A stretch of DNA of 32,000 nucleotides from the sequence record CM040116.1; one strand, given 5' to 3'. The notes beneath the pieces are model-generated. The model saw only the letters and a list, made by a program, of their open reading frames with translations. It made no database searches and had not been told where the DNA came from. This document shows positions 8,089 to 17,740 of this stretch, in pieces (the first letter of the stretch is position 1; every line of letters starts with the position of its first letter). Position numbers and translations under genes: made by a program.

Positions 8089-9879
8089 ATGTTTATGCAA
8101 AATATTCTCCTAGATCCTGTTCTTCCTCACAATTATATTGCTGAGGAAATTTTATTAGGTACTATATTGATTCATCCAACTATTTTCCCTCAATTAATGC
8201 CTTTCCTTAAATCGGATTCTTTTTTTGTAGAATCTCACCAGTTGATTTATACCAGCTTAGTTACTCTTCATAAAGATAAGAAAATAGATATTTTACAATT
8301 ATTTTATTTTTTAAACAATTCACAAATATTGCATTATATAGGTGGAGTTTTAAAAATTATTGAGTTGATGAGGCAAAGTCACATTTTTATGCCATCTATT
8401 AATATGTATGTTTATATACAAGAACTTATGATCCTGATTAATAACAGTTATACAAGACGTTTGATAATTCAGTATGGTTATAATGTTGTTAAATTAGCTA
8501 ACATTCACGATTTACATTGTCATCAAATATATAATAAGGTATCTGAGTATTTAGAATCTACAGTTCATAAAATCCCTAAAGAGAATTTAATGACTTTTAA
8601 AGATTTAATTGGTGATTTGCTTATACAGTTAAAATATCAGAATTTGAATTTGGTTCAGCCGACTATAAATCGAAATATGATTTTATCAGGTTTTCAAGCA
8701 TTAGATCAATTAATACAGGGCTTACAAGGTGGTGACTTAGTTGTGATTGCTGGTCGTCCTTCAATAGGTAAAACTTCTTTTGTAATTAATCTAGCGTTTA
8801 ATATTTTATCTTCTGCTTCATTGGGTTTATGTTTTTTTAGTCTTGAGATGTCAAAAATACAAATAGTTAGTAAATTTATTGCTATTGCATCTGGCATTGC
8901 TACTCAAAATATTTCTTTTAGTAAACTTACAATAGATGAATGGTATAATTTGAATCAAATTTGCCGTAAATTGATGAAATATAAAGTTTATATTAATGAT
9001 ACACCTAATATATCGATTGACTATATTGAATATACATCTAAACTACTTTATCAAGAAACAGGAATTATACAATTAGTAATTATTGATTATTTACAATTAG
9101 TTCAAGTAGAAGGTTTTAATAATAACATTAGAACACAAGAATTGGGTTATATAACAAGAAAATTAAAGTTATTAGCACAATATTTAAATGTACCGATAGT
9201 TGTTTTGTCTCAACTGAACAGAAGTATTGAAACTAGAGTTAATAAATTCCCTTTATTATCTGATCTTCGAGAAAGTGGATGTTTGGTAAGCTATGTCAGT
9301 TTGAATTTAGATATCATTAATAATCTTCATGCACAGAGTTTATATAATTATATAACTTTAAGAAGAGGTAATTTAATTAAATATTCTAATAATAATTATT
9401 CATTTAATATGTTTTTAGATACTTTATATTTTAATTTTTCTTTACAATATTCTTTTAGTATCTGTTTTATTAATCGTTTATTGAGTTTAACATATAATCA
9501 TAAATTGTATTTAAAAATAATATGGCTTAAATTCAGTTGTTATTTAGAAAATAGCATTTGTGTTATAAATTATTTTTCTAGATTATCTTCATTTATTTTT
9601 GAATATATTTATATTCCATATGTTATTTACTTTGATTATTCTAAAGTCTTTGATATTCAAGAGCCATGTTATTCTATTTTATGCCTTAGTGATTTGATTG
9701 TGCATAATTCAATTGAGCAAGATGCAGATATAGTGATTATATTATCACAAGCTGATAGGTCTCTAGGTTTATCCAATATTATAGATGTATCATTATGTAA
9801 GAATCGCAATGGTGCAACTGGTTTATGCAAGTTATTATTTACACCCCAAAACAATAAATTTTGTGATGTAAATTCATAA
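8089..9879 (+). CDS. dnaB: Replicative DNA helicase DnaB (precursor carrying a mini-intein)
   Basis: N-terminal PHNYIAEEILLGTIL, Walker A GRPSIGKTS, Walker B LVIIDYLQLV, SQLNRS. The RESG / SIEQDADIV motif is split by a 143-aa insertion. Extein length is 453 aa, typical of DnaB. Confidence 0.93.
   Translation: MFMQNILLDPVLPHNYIAEEILLGTILIHPTIFPQLMPFLKSDSFFVESHQLIYTSLVTLHKDKKIDILQLFYFLNNSQILHYIGGVLKIIELMRQSHIFMPSINMYVYIQELMILINNSYTRRLIIQYGYNVVKLANIHDLHCHQIYNKVSEYLESTVHKIPKENLMTFKDLIGDLLIQLKYQNLNLVQPTINRNMILSGFQALDQLIQGLQGGDLVVIAGRPSIGKTSFVINLAFNILSSASLGLCFFSLEMSKIQIVSKFIAIASGIATQNISFSKLTIDEWYNLNQICRKLMKYKVYINDTPNISIDYIEYTSKLLYQETGIIQLVIIDYLQLVQVEGFNNNIRTQELGYITRKLKLLAQYLNVPIVVLSQLNRSIETRVNKFPLLSDLRESGCLVSYVSLNLDIINNLHAQSLYNYITLRRGNLIKYSNNNYSFNMFLDTLYFNFSLQYSFSICFINRLLSLTYNHKLYLKIIWLKFSCYLENSICVINYFSRLSSFIFEYIYIPYVIYFDYSKVFDIQEPCYSILCLSDLIVHNSIEQDADIVIILSQADRSLGLSNIIDVSLCKNRNGATGLCKLLFTPQNNKFCDVNS
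9280..9708 (+). mobile_element. DnaB mini-intein (143 aa, no homing-endonuclease domain)
   Basis: In-frame insertion starting with Cys (CLVSYVSL) directly after RESG. Contains a block-B-like LTYNH (T-x-x-H), block F/G-like VFDIQEP...LSDLIVHN, and is followed by Ser (+1) of SIEQDAD. This is the same insertion site as the known cyanobacterial and Porphyra plastid DnaB inteins. Confidence 0.8.
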
Positions 9880-9969
9880 GTTTTTATTATCCTGTTCGAT
9901 TAATTTATTATAAATACTATTGTTGCAATATCAATAAAGATATGGTACTATACGAAAAGTTTATTCCTG

Positions 9970-10042
9970 GCCGGGATAGCTCAGTTGGTAGAGCAGTGGA
10001 CTGAAAATCCTCGTGTCACCAGTTCAAATCTGGTTCCTGGCA
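9970..10042 (+). tRNA. trnF: tRNA-Phe(GAA)
   Basis: GCCGGGATAGCTCAGTTGGTAGAGCAGTGGACTGAAAATCCTCGTGTCACCAGTTCAAATCTGGTTCCTGGCA. Near-identical to canonical plastid trnF. Confidence 0.92.
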
Positions 10043-10044
10043 TT

Positions 10045-10099
10045 AACCTTAATTATAGCTTACAACAATTATTAATTGTTGTAAGCTATAATTAAGGTT
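10045..10099. terminator. Long perfect inverted repeat (about 26 bp stem) between convergent trnF and clpC
   Basis: aaccttaattatagcttacaacaatta / taattgttgtaagctataattaaggtt is centred at 10072. The right arm contains the clpC stop codon (10092-10094). Confidence 0.6.
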
Positions 10100-12560
10100 G
10101 AAGCATTTCTATTTGCTCGCCTCGTAATACGGTTACTTTTCCGTCATCAGTCACATCTACAACGGCACTGTCACCAGCCTTAATTTTACCTGATAAAACT
10201 TCTTCTGCTAAACTATCTTCTAGTAATCTCATTACTGCTCTACGTAGTGGTCTTGCTCCATAACTAGGATTATATCCTTCATCTACTAATCGATTTTTAA
10301 ATCTTTCAGTTACTTCTAGTTCTATTTTTTGTTGTTTGATGCGTTCGAATACTTCTTGTAGCATAATTTCTGCTATTTCACGTACTTCGTCTTTAGTTAG
10401 TTGTCTAAAGACTATAATTTCATCTAATCTATTTAAGAATTCGGGACGAAAATATTGCTTTAATTCTTCGTTAACTAATGATCTAATACGATTATATTGT
10501 GATTCTGTTTGTGACTCTCCCAGTTCAAATCCTAAACTTCCTCCTCCTTTTTCTATAACTTTTGACCCTATATTAGATGTCATGATTAGTAAAGTATTTT
10601 TAAAGTCTATTGTTCTGCCTTTAGCATCAGTCAGTCTACCATCTTCTAAAATTTGTAGTAAAAGGTTAAAAATATCCGGATGAGCTTTTTCGATTTCATC
10701 AAATAAAATTACCGTGTAAGGACGCTTTCTAACAGCTTCTGTTAAGTACCCACCTTCACTATAGCCTACGTAACCGGGTGGCGAACCAATTAATTTTGAA
10801 ACAGTATGTCTTTCCATATACTCAGACATATCTAATCTAACCATTGCTTCTTGTGAGCCAAAGAAATAAGAAGCTAGTGCTTTAGTTAATTCAGTCTTTC
10901 CAACTCCTGTAGGACCAGAGAATATGAAGCTTGCAATAGGTCGATTGGGATTTTTTAAGCCAACTCTTGCTCTTCTTATTGCTCGAGAAACAGCTACTAC
11001 AGCTTCATCTTGTCCAATAATGCGACTATGAAGAGTTTCTTCCATATGCATTAATTTTTCTGACTCACTTTTTGTTAATTTCGTTACTGGGATGCCTGTC
11101 CAAAATGCAACTATTTCTGCAATATCATCTTCTGTTACTACAGGATCTTCAATTTTCAAATCAGGTTCATTTTTTTTGCTTTGTGCAATAGCTGCAATTT
11201 GAGCTTTAATTTCCATTTCTCTTGTTCTATATTGTTCTGCTTTTTCATATTTTTGTGCCCTTATTGCTTCATCTTTTGTTTTTAGCACATTTCTTAGTTC
11301 TTTATCTAATTCTCTAGCAGCTGGAGGTAGCTGAGAGTTCAATAATCTAACTCTTGAACCAGCTTCATCAATTAAATCGATAGCTTTGTCAGGTAAAAAA
11401 CGATCCGAAATATACTGATTAGCATATTTAGCAGCAGCAGCTAAAGCAGCATCAGACATTTTTAATTGGTGGTGTTTTTCGTATCTATCTCTTAAACCAA
11501 ATAAAATCTCAATAGTTTCTTCTACACTTGGTTCTCCAACTAACACAGGCTGAAATCGTCTTTCAAGCGCTGCATCTTTTTCTATGTGCTTACGATATTC
11601 TTCTAGTGTTGTTGCGCCTATGCATTGTAGCTCTCCTCTGGCTAATGCTGGTTTCAGTAAATTTGCTGCATCGATAGCTCCTTCAGCTGCTCCAGCTCCA
11701 ATTAAAGTATGTACTTCATCAATAACCAGTATAATATTATTAGCTGATTTTATTTCATCCATAATTCTTTTAAGCCTTTCTTCGAATTCTCCTCTATATT
11801 TTGTTCCAGCAACTAATAGACCTACGTCTAGTGTAACTACTAGCTTATCTTCTAATATAGAAGGGATATCTTTGTTTGCAATTCTTTGTGCTAAACCTTC
11901 TGCTATAGCTGTTTTGCCTACTCCTGGTTCTCCAATTAGTACAGGGTTATTTTTGGTTCTTCTTCCTAATATTTGTATTACTCGTTCAATCTCTTTTTGT
12001 CGCCCAACTACTGGATCTAATATACCTTCTATTGCTAATTCTGTTAGGTTTGATCCAAATTCTTCTAACGTAGGAGTTTTGCTTCTTGTTTGTGTATTAT
12101 TATTTCCGTTTGTGTTAGCTTCCGTATTATCACCCAACATTTGAATGACTTCTGTTCTAATAGATGCTACGTTAACGGCTAGATTTTCTAGTACTCTTGC
12201 AGCTACACCTTCACCTTCACGTACTAAACCCATTAATAAGTGTTCTGTACCTATATAATTATGTCCAAGTTGTCTCGCTTCTTCTAAAGAAAGTTCTAAA
12301 ACTCTTTTAGCTCTTGGTGTAAAAGGTATCTCAACTGCTACAAATCCTGACCCTCTACCAATAATTTTTTCTACTTCTATGCGTGCATCTTTTAAATTTA
12401 CATTCATAGATTTTAATACCTGTGCAGCAATACCTGTGCCTTCACCTATTAAGCCTAATAAAATTTGTTCTGTACCAACAAAGTTATGGCCTAAGCGTCT
12501 TGCCTCTTCTTGAGCAAGCATAATAACTTTTATTGCTTTTTCTGTAAATCTTTCAAACAT
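10092..12560 (-). CDS. clpC: ATP-dependent Clp protease ATP-binding subunit ClpC
   Basis: 822 aa. Duplicated Clp-N repeats, two AAA+ modules ([27 protein letters not shown]), a UVR-like linker and the C-terminal D2-small domain. Confidence 0.97.
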   Translation of the reverse strand: MFERFTEKAIKVIMLAQEEARRLGHNFVGTEQILLGLIGEGTGIAAQVLKSMNVNLKDARIEVEKIIGRGSGFVAVEIPFTPRAKRVLELSLEEARQLGHNYIGTEHLLMGLVREGEGVAARVLENLAVNVASIRTEVIQMLGDNTEANTNGNNNTQTRSKTPTLEEFGSNLTELAIEGILDPVVGRQKEIERVIQILGRRTKNNPVLIGEPGVGKTAIAEGLAQRIANKDIPSILEDKLVVTLDVGLLVAGTKYRGEFEERLKRIMDEIKSANNIILVIDEVHTLIGAGAAEGAIDAANLLKPALARGELQCIGATTLEEYRKHIEKDAALERRFQPVLVGEPSVEETIEILFGLRDRYEKHHQLKMSDAALAAAAKYANQYISDRFLPDKAIDLIDEAGSRVRLLNSQLPPAARELDKELRNVLKTKDEAIRAQKYEKAEQYRTREMEIKAQIAAIAQSKKNEPDLKIEDPVVTEDDIAEIVAFWTGIPVTKLTKSESEKLMHMEETLHSRIIGQDEAVVAVSRAIRRARVGLKNPNRPIASFIFSGPTGVGKTELTKALASYFFGSQEAMVRLDMSEYMERHTVSKLIGSPPGYVGYSEGGYLTEAVRKRPYTVILFDEIEKAHPDIFNLLLQILEDGRLTDAKGRTIDFKNTLLIMTSNIGSKVIEKGGGSLGFELGESQTESQYNRIRSLVNEELKQYFRPEFLNRLDEIIVFRQLTKDEVREIAEIMLQEVFERIKQQKIELEVTERFKNRLVDEGYNPSYGARPLRRAVMRLLEDSLAEEVLSGKIKAGDSAVVDVTDDGKVTVLRGEQIEMLQP

Positions 12561-12825
12561 TTAATTAAAGCAAATGAATATATATTACCTTTGATACTAA
12601 ATAATAATAACACACTTGAAAATAGAACTTAATAGTTGTATGGAAAAATTTTTAATATATGTTATAAATGTGTATTAAAAATTATTTAATTTATATTGAT
12701 TATTACTTACAATTAGATGCGTTGGGTAGAACTTTGTTATCATTTATAATAATTACTAAATCTATATAATATTTTGATATTGAGTTTATATAATTGTTTA
12801 TATTTTTTAATTAAGGAAAATTGTT

Positions 12826-13170
12826 ATGGCTGTTATTCAGTTTATTAAAGGAGTTAATGAAACTGTTATTGCTGATGTTTCTTTAACACGCTCTAGAGAT
12901 GGTAGTAAAGGTACAGCAACTTTTAGATTCAACAATCCTGATATTTTGAAGTCAGGTATGGAGGATAAAGGTGATATTACCGGTATGTATTTAAAAGATG
13001 ATGAAGGCGAACTGATGACTAGAGATGTGAGTGCTAAATTTATTAATGGTAAGCCGCAAGCTATAGAGGCTATATATATAATAAAAAGTCCACAAGAATG
13101 GGATCGTTTTATGCGTTTTATGGAAAAGTATGCTAATAAAAATAAGCTTTCTTTTACCAAAGCTAAGTAG
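12826..13170 (+). CDS. psb28: Photosystem II assembly protein Psb28 (formerly psbW/ycf79)
   Basis: 114 aa. [35 protein letters not shown]... matches the Psb28 N-terminal signature. Confidence 0.9.
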   Translation: MAVIQFIKGVNETVIADVSLTRSRDGSKGTATFRFNNPDILKSGMEDKGDITGMYLKDDEGELMTRDVSAKFINGKPQAIEAIYIIKSPQEWDRFMRFMEKYANKNKLSFTKAK

Positions 13171-13252
13171 AACTAATTTGCATTTTTGAAATGATATATT
13201 GGTAATATTAATATTAAATTATGAATGTTTATCGTATTCAATATTTTTATAT

Positions 13253-15340
13253 ATGAAATTTTCTTTAAGATGGCTTCAACAAATTGTAGATTTAAATGGT
13301 ATAAAATTTAGTTTTCTTGCAGATAAATTAAATTTATCAGGTTTTGAAGTAGATAATATTATCCGCGATCCATATGTTAATGATATAGTTTTCGATTTAA
13401 CTACAACTGCTAATAGACAAGATGTATTGAGTGTAGTAGGTTTAGCTAGAGAGATTAGTTCTCTATTGAATAGACCTTTAATGTATAAATTGTATAAAGA
13501 TTCTATTACTACCCATATTAATGGGTTTAATTTGTCAGAGAAGAATATTTCGTTATTAGACTTGTCTTTAGTTCAGATTTATCGTTTAAATAATACTTTA
13601 TCACCTTTATGGCTTCAATACTATTTAATAAGCTATAATATCAAACCATTAAATTTATTAATTGATATTTCTGAATATATATATTTAAAGTGGGGGCAGT
13701 TAATACATATATTTGATAAAAAAAAAATTCGTTCCTTACAACTGAATTATTCTTTATTTGGTTTGCACAAAACCAATAATAATTTGCTGAGTTCGCAAAA
13801 TATTGAATTGGAGGTTTTAAAATATGATAGTCTCATATTGTCTACTATTGGTTTTTATATAAATCCTAGTATTCAGTGTGATTTATTAACAAATTCTATA
13901 ATTATTTTTGGTCAAGTATGTAATAAACAATATATTAAAAGTATGCAAAAACTTTTAAATCTTAATACAGATTTATCAAAAAAATGTCTGAATCAAGGCT
14001 TGAGATCTGATTTTGTCAATGCATTATACGAAACAATTCAGTTAATTAAATCATTTGGATATGGTACTTTAGGTAAGTTTTACGGGTGTCATAAATTACA
14101 TTACATACCTGAAATTATATTTTTAGATGCAAGTATGATACATAATGTTTTAGGTCTTGCTAGAAGTAACTTATCTGGTTACCTAACTACACAAGAGACT
14201 ATTCATCTATTAGAGAGTTTGAATTTTATTACAATATATGATGAGTCAAAGAAGATATTTAAGATACAAGTACCTATTAACAGACAAGAAGATATCAAAA
14301 GGCCTATAGATATAATTGAAGAAATAGGGCGAATTTATGGTTTTAATAAGTTTATTAGCAGATTGCCTGTTATGAATAATAATAATTTGTCTGTTCATAA
14401 TACGCTTGTAAATAAAATAAGTCAAATTCGTTGTTTATTACGTCATTTAGGTTTACATGAAGTTCAAAATTATTCTTTTCATGATAATTTAATTTCTAAT
14501 AGTAAAACAGAAGTTAAAGTTTTTAATCCTTTAGGTCAAGAGCAGTCTTTTCTAAGAAGTAATTTAATAGATCAGTTGATTATAAATCAGCAAGATAATC
14601 TTAAACAAGGCAATAAGAATGTTGAAATTTTTGAAATAGGAAAGATCTTTAAGTTGAATAAATTAAGTATAAGATCTGATTATATTTTGAGTTCTTTTGA
14701 GTGCTTATCTCTTTCTGGTTTAATTACAAATACTTCTTTTTTGAGAAGATCGTGGTCACATAAGCCAGAGTCGCTAGGTTGGTTTCACACTAAAGGTATA
14801 ATGGAAGAACTTTTAGATAGATTACGAGTTGTAACAGTATGGAAACAAATAAATGATTTAAATGAAAGTTCTTCATTTTTTAACTTAACAAGATTACTGA
14901 AAACTAATCGTACAGCAATTATTTATAGTATCACTAATCAAGAAATAGGTATATTTGGTCAATTGCGTAACTGCTATGGAATTTCCACGTATATATTTGA
15001 ATTTGATTTAATTAAGTTAATAGCTTCTATTACATCTTTGAATCATATTAATTCTATTGTTTATCCTTATTCTTGTTATCCTAGCTTAACTAGGGATATA
15101 TCGTTAACTTTGAATAAACTTCATAGTATATATTCAGTTAAGCAGCAAATATTGAGCTTTGATAACTCTTTAATTGAATCAGTTGAAGTATTTAATAACT
15201 ATAAAAATAAATCTACTAATTATTATAATGTTGGTTTACGGATTGTTTATAGAGCTTACGACAGAACTTTAAATTACCACGATATCAATCGTATTGATAA
15301 AGAAATAGAGTTTTTACTAAGTAAATATAGATCATGTTAA
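13253..15340 (+). CDS. pheT: Phenylalanyl-tRNA synthetase beta subunit (syfB), highly diverged and AT-biased
   Basis: Starts MKFSLRWLQQIVDL (canonical PheT N-terminus MK.S..WL). B3/4 and B5 regions (RQEDIKRPIDIIEEIGRIYGFNK). C-terminal anticodon-binding-like domain (YPSLTRDISL). The track ORF starts earlier, at TTG 13199. Confidence 0.85.
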   Translation: MKFSLRWLQQIVDLNGIKFSFLADKLNLSGFEVDNIIRDPYVNDIVFDLTTTANRQDVLSVVGLAREISSLLNRPLMYKLYKDSITTHINGFNLSEKNISLLDLSLVQIYRLNNTLSPLWLQYYLISYNIKPLNLLIDISEYIYLKWGQLIHIFDKKKIRSLQLNYSLFGLHKTNNNLLSSQNIELEVLKYDSLILSTIGFYINPSIQCDLLTNSIIIFGQVCNKQYIKSMQKLLNLNTDLSKKCLNQGLRSDFVNALYETIQLIKSFGYGTLGKFYGCHKLHYIPEIIFLDASMIHNVLGLARSNLSGYLTTQETIHLLESLNFITIYDESKKIFKIQVPINRQEDIKRPIDIIEEIGRIYGFNKFISRLPVMNNNNLSVHNTLVNKISQIRCLLRHLGLHEVQNYSFHDNLISNSKTEVKVFNPLGQEQSFLRSNLIDQLIINQQDNLKQGNKNVEIFEIGKIFKLNKLSIRSDYILSSFECLSLSGLITNTSFLRRSWSHKPESLGWFHTKGIMEELLDRLRVVTVWKQINDLNESSSFFNLTRLLKTNRTAIIYSITNQEIGIFGQLRNCYGISTYIFEFDLIKLIASITSLNHINSIVYPYSCYPSLTRDISLTLNKLHSIYSVKQQILSFDNSLIESVEVFNNYKNKSTNYYNVGLRIVYRAYDRTLNYHDINRIDKEIEFLLSKYRSC

Positions 15341-15344
15341 TTTA

Positions 15345-15795
15345 TATAAATTTATAAAGTAAATCATAAGCCGGATTTTGTTCTTAATAATTTTAAGATT
15401 TATATATTTTTATCTGAAAATTAAATTTATTAAGGGTAGTTATTAATCTTTTTTTTATATTTACATATAAACTTATTGCAGTACTGAGTATAAACCGTAA
15501 ATTACAAGTAATTCTTGCATGATAGATATTGTTAATGTCAAGTTTATTACTTTGCTCTTATATGGGGTTTGCCTAGCAAGTATTTTTATCACACTTCTGG
15601 TACGCTCTTACTGTACCTTTGCACCCTTACCTATATTCTATATTATAGTAAATTAGGCGGTTTTTTTCTGTGGCACTTTCCTTATAGTCACCTATACTGT
15701 TTTTTATACAGCTATACTATATGCTAATTGGAGCCCGGACTTTCCTCAAATTTGTTTTAAAATTTGCAACTACCTATGTTTACTTGTGTATATAT
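15345..15795 (-). ncRNA. rnpB: RNase P RNA (bacterial type-A-like, AT-rich plastid version); ends approximate (+/-20 nt)
   Basis: The minus strand contains GAGGAAAGTCCGGGCTCC (15747-15730, P4 5' strand), GTGCCACAGAAAAAAACCGCC (15676-15656), GGTAAGGGTGCAAAGGTACAGTAAGAGCGTACC (15631-15599) and ACAAAATCCGGCTTATG (15381-15365, P4 3' strand). These appear in the correct order and spacing. Confidence 0.85.
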
Positions 15796-15856
15796 AATAC
15801 ATATTTTTTAAAAAAAATACAATTACATCTTAGTGACTTAATTCATAGCAATCAAA

Positions 15857-16654
15857 ATGAACAAGATACGTTTAACAGGTTTTTCAGAAAACGATTTCGG
15901 ATCTATATTAAATCAATATAAATACAGTTTGCATCCAGGTGATATTATAGCTGGTACTATTTTTCATCAGGAGTCACAAGGTTTTTTAGTAGATGTCGGA
16001 GTAAGCATAGCAGGTTATTTACCAATAGATGAAATTTTATTAAGTTCTTGCAATATTAGATATGATTTTAAATACCTTGTTAATAATACAAGAGAATTTT
16101 TTATTGTGGCTTATAGTAAGGACAAGCAAAAGTTATTATTATCTATTAAAAGGCTAGATTATATAAGAGCTTGGAAACGTATTAAACAGCTCGAATCAGA
16201 AGACATTATTTTAGATGTGTCTATACGTAATGTTAATAAAGGAGGAATTTTAACTATTTTAGAAGGTTTGCAAAGTTTTATACCTAAATCTCATTTAATT
16301 AAATTTACTCACTATGAATTTATGACAAAATATCATTTACCATGTAAACTCTTATTAGCTGACGAAAAAAATAACAAAATTATATTAAGCCATAAACTAG
16401 CTTTGCTTGATCTTTATTCTGACTTATTAAAAGTAGGTAAATTTGTTTATGGTCAAATTACTCAAATCAAGCAATATGGTATTTTTATCACTATTTATGG
16501 TATACCCGCATTAATGCATATATCAGAAATAGGCCATAAGTATATAAAAAATATAAATCATACATTTCAAATCGGAAATAAAATCAAAGTTAAAATTATT
16601 CATGTTGATATGAAGCAAGCTAGATTGTCTGTCTCTAGAAGAGAACTTATTTAA
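15857..16654 (+). CDS. rps1: 30S ribosomal protein S1 (short plastid form, three S1 domains)
   Basis: 265 aa. Repeated S1-motif segments (GDIIAGTIFHQESQGFLVDVG..GYLP; GGILTILEGLQSFIPKSH; GQITQIKQYGIFITIYGIPALMHISE). Confidence 0.85.
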   Translation: MNKIRLTGFSENDFGSILNQYKYSLHPGDIIAGTIFHQESQGFLVDVGVSIAGYLPIDEILLSSCNIRYDFKYLVNNTREFFIVAYSKDKQKLLLSIKRLDYIRAWKRIKQLESEDIILDVSIRNVNKGGILTILEGLQSFIPKSHLIKFTHYEFMTKYHLPCKLLLADEKNNKIILSHKLALLDLYSDLLKVGKFVYGQITQIKQYGIFITIYGIPALMHISEIGHKYIKNINHTFQIGNKIKVKIIHVDMKQARLSVSRRELI

Positions 16655-16866
16655 CCTCCTCCAACAATTGTAATAATTTCTATTTTATCTTGTGGTTTAA
16701 AGAAAGTTTTATCAAATTCTATAAAGTGGATAATATGATTATTATGTTCTACAACAATTGAATCTAATTCAAGTTCTAGATAATGTAATAACTCTTTAAG
16801 AGACATATCAATATAGCAATTAAATGCTTGTCCATTTATAAAAATTGTATTGTATATTGTATTCAT
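16651..16866 (-). CDS. thiS: Thiamine-biosynthesis sulfur carrier ThiS (ycf40)
   Basis: 71 aa. Ubiquitin-like size, ...FINGQ... near the N-terminus and a C-terminal ...IEIITIVGGG ending in Gly-Gly. Its stop overlaps the rps1 stop within TTAA (16651-16654). Confidence 0.8.
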   Translation of the reverse strand: MNTIYNTIFINGQAFNCYIDMSLKELLHYLELELDSIVVEHNNHIIHFIEFDKTFFKPQDKIEIITIVGGG

Positions 16867-16962
16867 GTGATATATTTTGTGAGAAATACTATTGAATTTT
16901 TGAAAAAATATAGACTTATTACTTAAAAAGTATTATACTTCATTATTATATTTTTGAATTTT

Positions 16963-17036
16963 GGCGGATGTAGCCAAGAGGTTAAGGCAGTGGATTGTGG
17001 CTTCACTATTCGCGGGTTCGAGTCCCGTCATTCGCC
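16963..17036 (+). tRNA. trnH: tRNA-His(GUG) with genome-encoded G(-1)
   Basis: GGCGGATGTAGCCAAGAGGTTAAGGCAGTGGATTGTGGCTTCAC...GCGGGTTCGAGTCCCGTCATTCGCCC. The extra 5' G pairs with C73, the bacterial/plastid His hallmark. Confidence 0.9.
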
Positions 17037-17672
17037 CTGTGGTTTGTTTAAATAATTTAATAAAGTTAATTTTGCTAGTTCTGTACGATTTCTAGTTTTA
17101 GTTTTATGCAATAAGCGGCTTACATATTTTTCTATATTTCTTATGCTTGAGTTGACTTTGTTAGCAATTTCTTTATTTGTATAGCCTTTTGCTACTAATA
17201 CAAGAACTGCATATTCTTTTGGTGTCAAAGAATTAAAAATAGAATTTTGTTCTTCATTTTGAAGTTTTTGGACACTGTCGTTAATATGTGGTTTATAAAA
17301 TTCAAGTTGTTTAAATATATTATTTATTATAGCTATTAATTCTTCTGGATAAAATGGCTTAGCAAGGTATGCATTGCATCCTAAGTTATATCCTAAAATA
17401 CGGTCTTGTGTCATACCTTTAGCTGTCAAGAAAATTATAGGTATTTGATGCCAATTTTTTTTAGAGCGTATTTTTTTGATCACCTCATAACCATCTATAT
17501 GTGTCATCATAATATCAGTAATGATTAAATTAGGTTGGATAATTGCTAAATTTTCTAGTGCATTATACCCATTCGTTGTAATGTGTATTGTGAAGCCTTC
17601 AGAGATTAAATAAGAAGCCATTGAATTTAATAAATCTACATCATCATCTATAAGAAGTATTGTTTTTTTCAT
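17028..17672 (-). CDS. ycf29: Two-component response regulator, NarL/LuxR type (Ycf29)
   Basis: 214 aa. The receiver domain has the acidic pocket IDDD, phospho-acceptor Asp in IITDIMM, and LTAKG plus a Lys. C-terminal LuxR-type HTH (LTPKEYAVLVLVAKGYTNKEIANKVNSSIRNIEKYVSRLLHK). Confidence 0.85.
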   Translation of the reverse strand: MKKTILLIDDDVDLLNSMASYLISEGFTIHITTNGYNALENLAIIQPNLIITDIMMTHIDGYEVIKKIRSKKNWHQIPIIFLTAKGMTQDRILGYNLGCNAYLAKPFYPEELIAIINNIFKQLEFYKPHINDSVQKLQNEEQNSIFNSLTPKEYAVLVLVAKGYTNKEIANKVNSSIRNIEKYVSRLLHKTKTRNRTELAKLTLLNYLNKPQGE

Positions 17673-17740
17673 TATCAGATTATATCAAAATGAGAATATT
17701 ATCAAAAGCTTATTTTTAATATAAAATACAAGTCAGAATT

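Noticed and set aside
8706-9854. ORFs 8706..8897(-) and 9669..9854(-).
   Set aside because: Antisense within dnaB, with no motifs.
10336-12144. ORFs 10336..10683(+) and 11584..12144(+).
   Set aside because: Antisense within clpC. Ser/Ile-rich mirror-frame products typical of antisense reading of a conserved gene.
12837-13160. 107-aa ORF antisense to psb28.
   Set aside because: The plus-strand frame has an unmistakable Psb28 signature; the antisense frame has none.
15721-15921. 66-aa ORF overlapping the rps1 start.
   Set aside because: Its 5' part is the antisense of the rnpB P4 core (GAGGAAAGTCCGGGCTCC), and its 3' part is an alternate frame of rps1.
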